A DNA stretch of 9,671 nt from a virus (taxonomy: Duplodnaviria > Heunggongvirae > Uroviricota > Caudoviricetes): the IMG/VR virus record IMGVR_UViG_2681813205_000018, positions 1 to 9,671 of that record. One strand, given 5' to 3'. Position numbers and translations under genes: made by a program. The notes beneath the pieces are model-generated. The model had not been told where the DNA came from. It saw nothing but the letters and a program-made list of their open reading frames with translations, and made no database searches. This document shows positions 6,504 through 9,671 of the stretch, piece after piece. Within the stretch, counting starts at the first letter, position 1; each line of letters starts with the position of its first letter.

Positions 6504-6530
6504 CCCCAGACAATTCTCTGGGGGATTTTT
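6504..6530 (+). terminator. Terminator-like hairpin immediately upstream of the transposase start
   Basis: Perfect 7-bp stem CCCCAGA (6504-6510) / TCTGGGG (6517-6523) with a 6-nt loop, then ATTTTTC, ending 1 nt before ATG 6532. Confidence 0.4.
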
Positions 6531-6531
6531 C

Positions 6532-7872
6532 ATGATCAAAGAGACTGTTACGATGAGTCATAAGGAACTCCACCGACTTCAGATTATTCAGGAGTCAATT
6601 AATCGACATATTACTCAGGAACAAGCTGCGGCACGCATTGGCATTTCTATTCGGCAGGTTAAACGTCTGGTGCAACGGTATAGAAATGAAGGGCCTTCTG
6701 GTCTGGTTTCCCACCGACGTGGAAAGCGTCCTAATAATTCCTTTTCTACTGAATTCAGAGCAACAGTAATTTCACTCCTCAAAGGCCGTTACGCTGATTT
6801 TGGACCTACGTTTGCGTGCGAAAAATTGCGCGAGATACACGGTTTATCTTTATCCGTTGAAACTCTCAGAAAGTGGATGATAGAAGAGGGGTTATGGCGT
6901 GAACGCCGTCGTAAAATTGCCCGTATATATCAACGCCGCATGCGACGACCATCTTACGGTGAACTGATCCAGATTGATGGCTCACCTCATGACTGGTTTG
7001 AAAATCGAGGCCCCAGATGTACACTGATCGTTTTCATTGATGATGCCACCAGTGCGTTGATGGCGTTGCGTTTTGTGCCTGCTGAAACAACCCGGGCTTA
7101 CATGGAAACCCTCCGGGGTTACCTTGATGATCATGGCGTACCGCTCGCTCTCTACTCTGATAGACACAGTATATTCAGGGTAAATAACCCAGAGCGGGAA
7201 GGTGAGCTGACCCAGTTCACTCGTGCGATAAAGACACTGGGCATCGAGCCAATCCATGCCAACAGCCCGCAGGCAAAAGGGCGGGTAGAGCGCGCCAATC
7301 AGACACTACAGGACAGGCTGGTCAAAGAAATGCGGCTTCAGAATATCAGTGATATTGAAACAGCAAATGCATGGTTGCCGACCTTTATTGAAGCCTATAA
7401 CAACCGGTTCGCTACGTCGCCTCGTACTACTGATAATGCTCATCTTGATGTGCACCATTCTGAAGAGGAACTGGGTTATATCTTCAGCCTACAGGCGAAG
7501 CGCGTTCTGTCTAAAAATCTCACTTTCCAGTACAAAAGCAGTGCGTTTCAGGTACGCAGTGAGGGCCGGGGATATCGACTTAGGCATTCGGTTGTTACTG
7601 TATGCGAGAACTTTGACGGTGAAATTAACGTTCTGTATGACGGGAAAGCGCTGGGCTGGGAAAAGTATGTTGATGGCCCGGAGCCTATACCACTGGATGA
7701 TGAAAAGAGTGTCCATGAACGAGTGGATAATGCCCGTATTGATTTACGCTCAAAATACTATGTTAAACCTAAAGCTGACCATCCCTGGCTTACGCGCCGA
7801 ACGCAAAGTCATCAGCAAGTTAAGCCCCCGAAGTTACCTAAAAAGAAGCCTGATCCCGATAAAATAGATTGA
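6532..7872 (+). CDS. DDE transposase, IS481/ISNCY-like (rve integrase core, N-terminal HTH)
   Basis: 446-aa ORF. N-terminal HTH (ITQEQAAARIGISIRQVKRLVQRY). Catalytic triad candidates in LIQIDGS, LYSDRHS and AKGRVERANQ with integrase-like spacing. Pattern resembles IS481-family transposases (IVFIDDATS..., PQAKGRVE). Alternative start ATG 6553. Confidence 0.8.
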   Translation: MIKETVTMSHKELHRLQIIQESINRHITQEQAAARIGISIRQVKRLVQRYRNEGPSGLVSHRRGKRPNNSFSTEFRATVISLLKGRYADFGPTFACEKLREIHGLSLSVETLRKWMIEEGLWRERRRKIARIYQRRMRRPSYGELIQIDGSPHDWFENRGPRCTLIVFIDDATSALMALRFVPAETTRAYMETLRGYLDDHGVPLALYSDRHSIFRVNNPEREGELTQFTRAIKTLGIEPIHANSPQAKGRVERANQTLQDRLVKEMRLQNISDIETANAWLPTFIEAYNNRFATSPRTTDNAHLDVHHSEEELGYIFSLQAKRVLSKNLTFQYKSSAFQVRSEGRGYRLRHSVVTVCENFDGEINVLYDGKALGWEKYVDGPEPIPLDDEKSVHERVDNARIDLRSKYYVKPKADHPWLTRRTQSHQQVKPPKLPKKKPDPDKID

Positions 7873-7926
7873 AACCAAGATCGATTCGGTTGAGTGCATA
7901 TCCATTCATAGGGTAGATTCTTAAGT

Positions 7927-7993
7927 CGCGTTTCTGGTGTTCATTTTCGGGGGGGGGGGTTACTTGTTTTACCGGGGATATGCCAGAAACGCG
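7927..7993. repeat. Perfect 11-bp inverted repeat enclosing a G11 homopolymer
   Basis: CGCGTTTCTGG (7927-7937) and its exact reverse complement CCAGAAACGCG (7983-7993), separated by 45 nt that contain eleven consecutive G (7949-7959). Confidence 0.6.
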
Positions 7994-8190
7994 CTGAGTC
8001 AGTCTGGGCGGTGCGCGTAATGGGACGTTATGGTAAATACCATTCTGCAATAACTATCCATGTATAGATCATCCTTTATCTCCGTATGGCATAACCCATC
8101 AGAATCCATTAAGCATGACAAAACCTTCTTTATAAATAGCACTTTCAGTAGTACTTGATGTAGAAAATTGATTGGCATTTGTGTTTTTAC

Positions 8191-8219
8191 TTGATATCTC
8201 CGTGATATACTGATATTAA
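8191..8219 (+). promoter_or_regulatory. Candidate sigma70 promoter for the two-gene cassette
   Basis: -35 TTGATA (8191-8196), 17-nt spacer, -10 TATTAA (8214-8219) in an AT-rich intergenic region about 50 nt upstream of ATG 8273. Confidence 0.3.
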
Positions 8220-8272
8220 TTAAAGCGTAAATTATCTAAAACTAGATTTTCAATATGTTATAGGTGGTTCAA

Positions 8273-8806
8273 ATGCCAGGTACTAGGTGTGTTACTGTTC
8301 TTACTGCTCGTGGAATTACTGAGATTTTAAAAACAGGTGGAAGCAAAGCCTGGAGACTCAATGCAACCCATGCAGGAAAATGTTCGTATGTTGTTTGCGT
8401 TCAGAACTCGAAGATTGATTGGGGAACCCAGGAGGCAAAGCATCACCATGCTTTTATGATTGGCCGTATTTCTGGGATTAGCAGGATTCCAGACCATCCC
8501 AAGAAGCGTTGGATAATCAACATTGATTCTTATGCTGAGATTGATATCCCTGACCAATGGGATGGAAACCGGAATCCGGTTTCTTACCGAAACCTTGAGG
8601 ATATGGGGATAGATCTTGATACTCTCGATTTTAAACCTGTTGGTCATATTGTATCTGGAATAAAACAGACTAGTGGTGACGAATACGATGAGTATGAAGA
8701 AGTTGATGTCAGCGATAGACCTTTAAGCCTGAAAGAAGCTAAGGCTGGTCTAGCACTTCATTTTGGCGTCAATGAGGATGACATTCAGATCACTATTAAG
8801 GGGTGA
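8273..8806 (+). CDS. Hypothetical protein (unrecognised family; first gene of IS-flanked cassette)
   Basis: ATG 8273 with AGGTGG 5 nt upstream; the track start at 8264 is a GTG. 177 aa: basic N-terminal domain of about 120 aa, acidic linker (DEYDEYEEVDVSD), short C-terminal segment (LSLKEAKAGLALHFGVNEDDIQITIKG). AT-rich codon usage unlike the flanking phage genes. Confidence 0.6.
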   Translation: MPGTRCVTVLTARGITEILKTGGSKAWRLNATHAGKCSYVVCVQNSKIDWGTQEAKHHHAFMIGRISGISRIPDHPKKRWIINIDSYAEIDIPDQWDGNRNPVSYRNLEDMGIDLDTLDFKPVGHIVSGIKQTSGDEYDEYEEVDVSDRPLSLKEAKAGLALHFGVNEDDIQITIKG

Positions 8807-8811
8807 CCTTT

Positions 8812-9396
8812 ATGGAATCATTCTCTGTTGAGCATTGGTTACCACAGGCTACTGCTGGAGATAGTCAGGCTAGATTTTATTTGGGGAAGATATTCTCATG
8901 CGGGCTGGGTGTTCATCAGGATTATAAGCTGGCTATATACTGGTTTCAGCTTGCAGCGGAGCAAGGCCATGATGATGCCCAGTTTAATCTTGGGTGGGTA
9001 TATCATTTGGGGTTAGGTGGATATAAACATGTCCAAAAAGCGTCTGAATGGTATCAGAAGGCCGCTCTGCAAGGTCATGCAGAGGCTCAGTTTCATCTAG
9101 GAAGGCTGTATGCTTTCTCTTATTTAAGAAATGATGGGCTTGCAGTTGAATGGTTTCTCTGTGCCGCGAAGCAAGGCTATAGTAGTGCGCAATTTAAACT
9201 TGGCTGGATGTATCATCTCGGTATGGGCGTTGAGCAAAGTGACAGGCAGGCTTTCCATTGGTTTATTCGGGCTGCTGAGCAAGATCATGCAGGGGCTCAG
9301 GCATCTCTTGGTGAGATGTATAAGCATGGGTGGGGAGTCGAGCAAGACGAAACGATGGCACAGTATTGGTTTCGACTCGCAAGAACAATGCCATAG
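8812..9396 (+). CDS. Sel1-repeat (TPR-like) protein
   Basis: ATG 8812 with AAGGGG 8 nt upstream, 5 nt after the upstream stop. At least five tandem Sel1-type repeats (e.g. AIYWFQLAAEQGHDDAQFNLGWVYHLGLG; ASEWYQKAALQGHAEAQFHLGRLY; AFHWFIRAAEQDHAGAQASLGEMYKHGWGV). No signal peptide evident. Confidence 0.8.
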   Translation: MESFSVEHWLPQATAGDSQARFYLGKIFSCGLGVHQDYKLAIYWFQLAAEQGHDDAQFNLGWVYHLGLGGYKHVQKASEWYQKAALQGHAEAQFHLGRLYAFSYLRNDGLAVEWFLCAAKQGYSSAQFKLGWMYHLGMGVEQSDRQAFHWFIRAAEQDHAGAQASLGEMYKHGWGVEQDETMAQYWFRLARTMP

Positions 9397-9400
9397 CATC

Positions 9401-9424
9401 AAGCCCGCCCTGCGGGCTTTTTTA
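9401..9424 (+). terminator. Rho-independent terminator of the cassette
   Basis: 8-bp stem AAGCCCGC (9401-9408) / GCGGGCTT (9412-9419) with a 3-nt loop, followed by a T-run, 5 nt after the Sel1 gene stop. Confidence 0.7.
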
Positions 9425-9671
9425 TGTGTCAAGGCTAAGTTCAGATGTCCGTCGTAGGGCAAAGTTCAAATGTCCTCTCTGTGCCTATAACCTCTTCTGA
9501 GTAAAAGGTGAGGTGTACTGGCAATAGCGGACACTACCATTTGTTCTTTTTTTAAGCAGCCATCTGATGATATTTTTCCCTGAAGGCTGCCGGGGAGATA
9601 TTCCCCAGACGAGAGTGACGACGCTGACGATTGTAGAAAATCTCAATGTATTCCCGTATTACTGAGATGGC
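9425..9671 (-). mobile_element. IS3-family insertion sequence, 3' end (continues beyond window)
   Basis: Contains the C-terminal end of an IS3-family OrfB on the minus strand. Plus-strand TGTGTCAAGG at 9425 is consistent with an IS3-type ...CA terminus. Subterminal direct repeats AAGTTCAGATGTCC (9438-9450) / AAGTTCAAATGTCC (9463-9476). Exact end not established. Confidence 0.45.
9552..9671 (-). CDS. IS3-family transposase OrfB, C-terminal fragment (truncated by window edge)
   Basis: Minus-strand translation from the window edge reads AISVIREYIEIFYNRQRRHSRLGNISPAAFREKYHQMAA then stop (plus 9552-9554). The FYNRQRRHS.LG..SP..F motif is the conserved C-terminus of IS3-family OrfB transposases. 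Confidence 0.7.
   Translation of the reverse strand, partial: AISVIREYIEIFYNRQRRHSRLGNISPAAFREKYHQMAA

Larger units (their letters stand above)
6264..8059 (+). mobile_element. Putative IS element carrying the IS481/ISNCY-like transposase (boundaries tentative)
   Basis: A single DDE transposase ORF interrupts the phage gene run. Candidate gapped terminal inverted repeats: GGATAGTT...ATTGCAG (6264-6285) vs CTGCAATAACTATCC (8045-8059). No target-site duplication was identified, so the ends are uncertain. Confidence 0.3.

Noticed and set aside
6982-7867. ORFs 6982-7257 (-), 7349-7867 (+) and 7489-7716 (-) inside the transposase gene
   Set aside because: Alternative frames or antisense of a clear 446-aa DDE transposase.
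7931-7945. Resemblance of TTTCTGGTG to the 5' end of the DicF sRNA
   Set aside because: Only a short match from memory; the following sequence diverges immediately.
7838-8050. 70-aa minus-strand ORF spanning the G11 tract
   Set aside because: Its proline run is simply the translated C-tract; no RBS. The region is better explained as a non-coding IS arm or structured DNA.
9124-9462. ORFs 9124-9462 (-) and 9131-9457 (+) overlapping the Sel1 gene; also 8327-8647 (-) and 8828-9016 (+)
   Set aside because: Alternative frames or antisense of the two cassette genes, which have good RBS and, for the Sel1 gene, recognisable repeats.
1-9671. CRISPR arrays, tRNA or rRNA genes
   Set aside because: No regularly spaced direct repeats with unique spacers and no cloverleaf-like or rRNA-like segments were seen on either strand.

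Overview
This window reads as the early (immunity and replication) region of a Rac-like lambdoid prophage in an enterobacterial, E. coli-like genome, transcribed almost entirely rightward. In order: an OL/PL-like operator region (95-150); a higB/higA type II toxin-antitoxin pair (193-857); a leftward RacR/CI-like HTH repressor (904-1296); an OR-like operator (1339-1395); ydaS-like cro and ydaT-like genes; a YdaU/DUF1376 plus DnaT-like O-type replication initiator with candidate origin iterons inside it; a lambda P-like helicase loader; and a run of small nin-region-like genes including a DUF551 protein and two short membrane peptides. An IS481/ISNCY-like DDE transposase (6532-7872) then interrupts the region. 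It is followed by an AT-rich, self-contained two-gene cassette (unknown 177-aa protein plus Sel1-repeat protein, 8273-9396) with its own candidate promoter and a clear terminator, and by the 3' end of an IS3-family element at the right edge. The IS-bracketed cassette is my best candidate for a novel accessory, possibly anti-phage, system. All calls come from reading the sequence and recalled family signatures; no database search or computation was run, and several start codons were moved from the ORF track's TTG/GTG starts to internal ATGs with better ribosome-binding sites.
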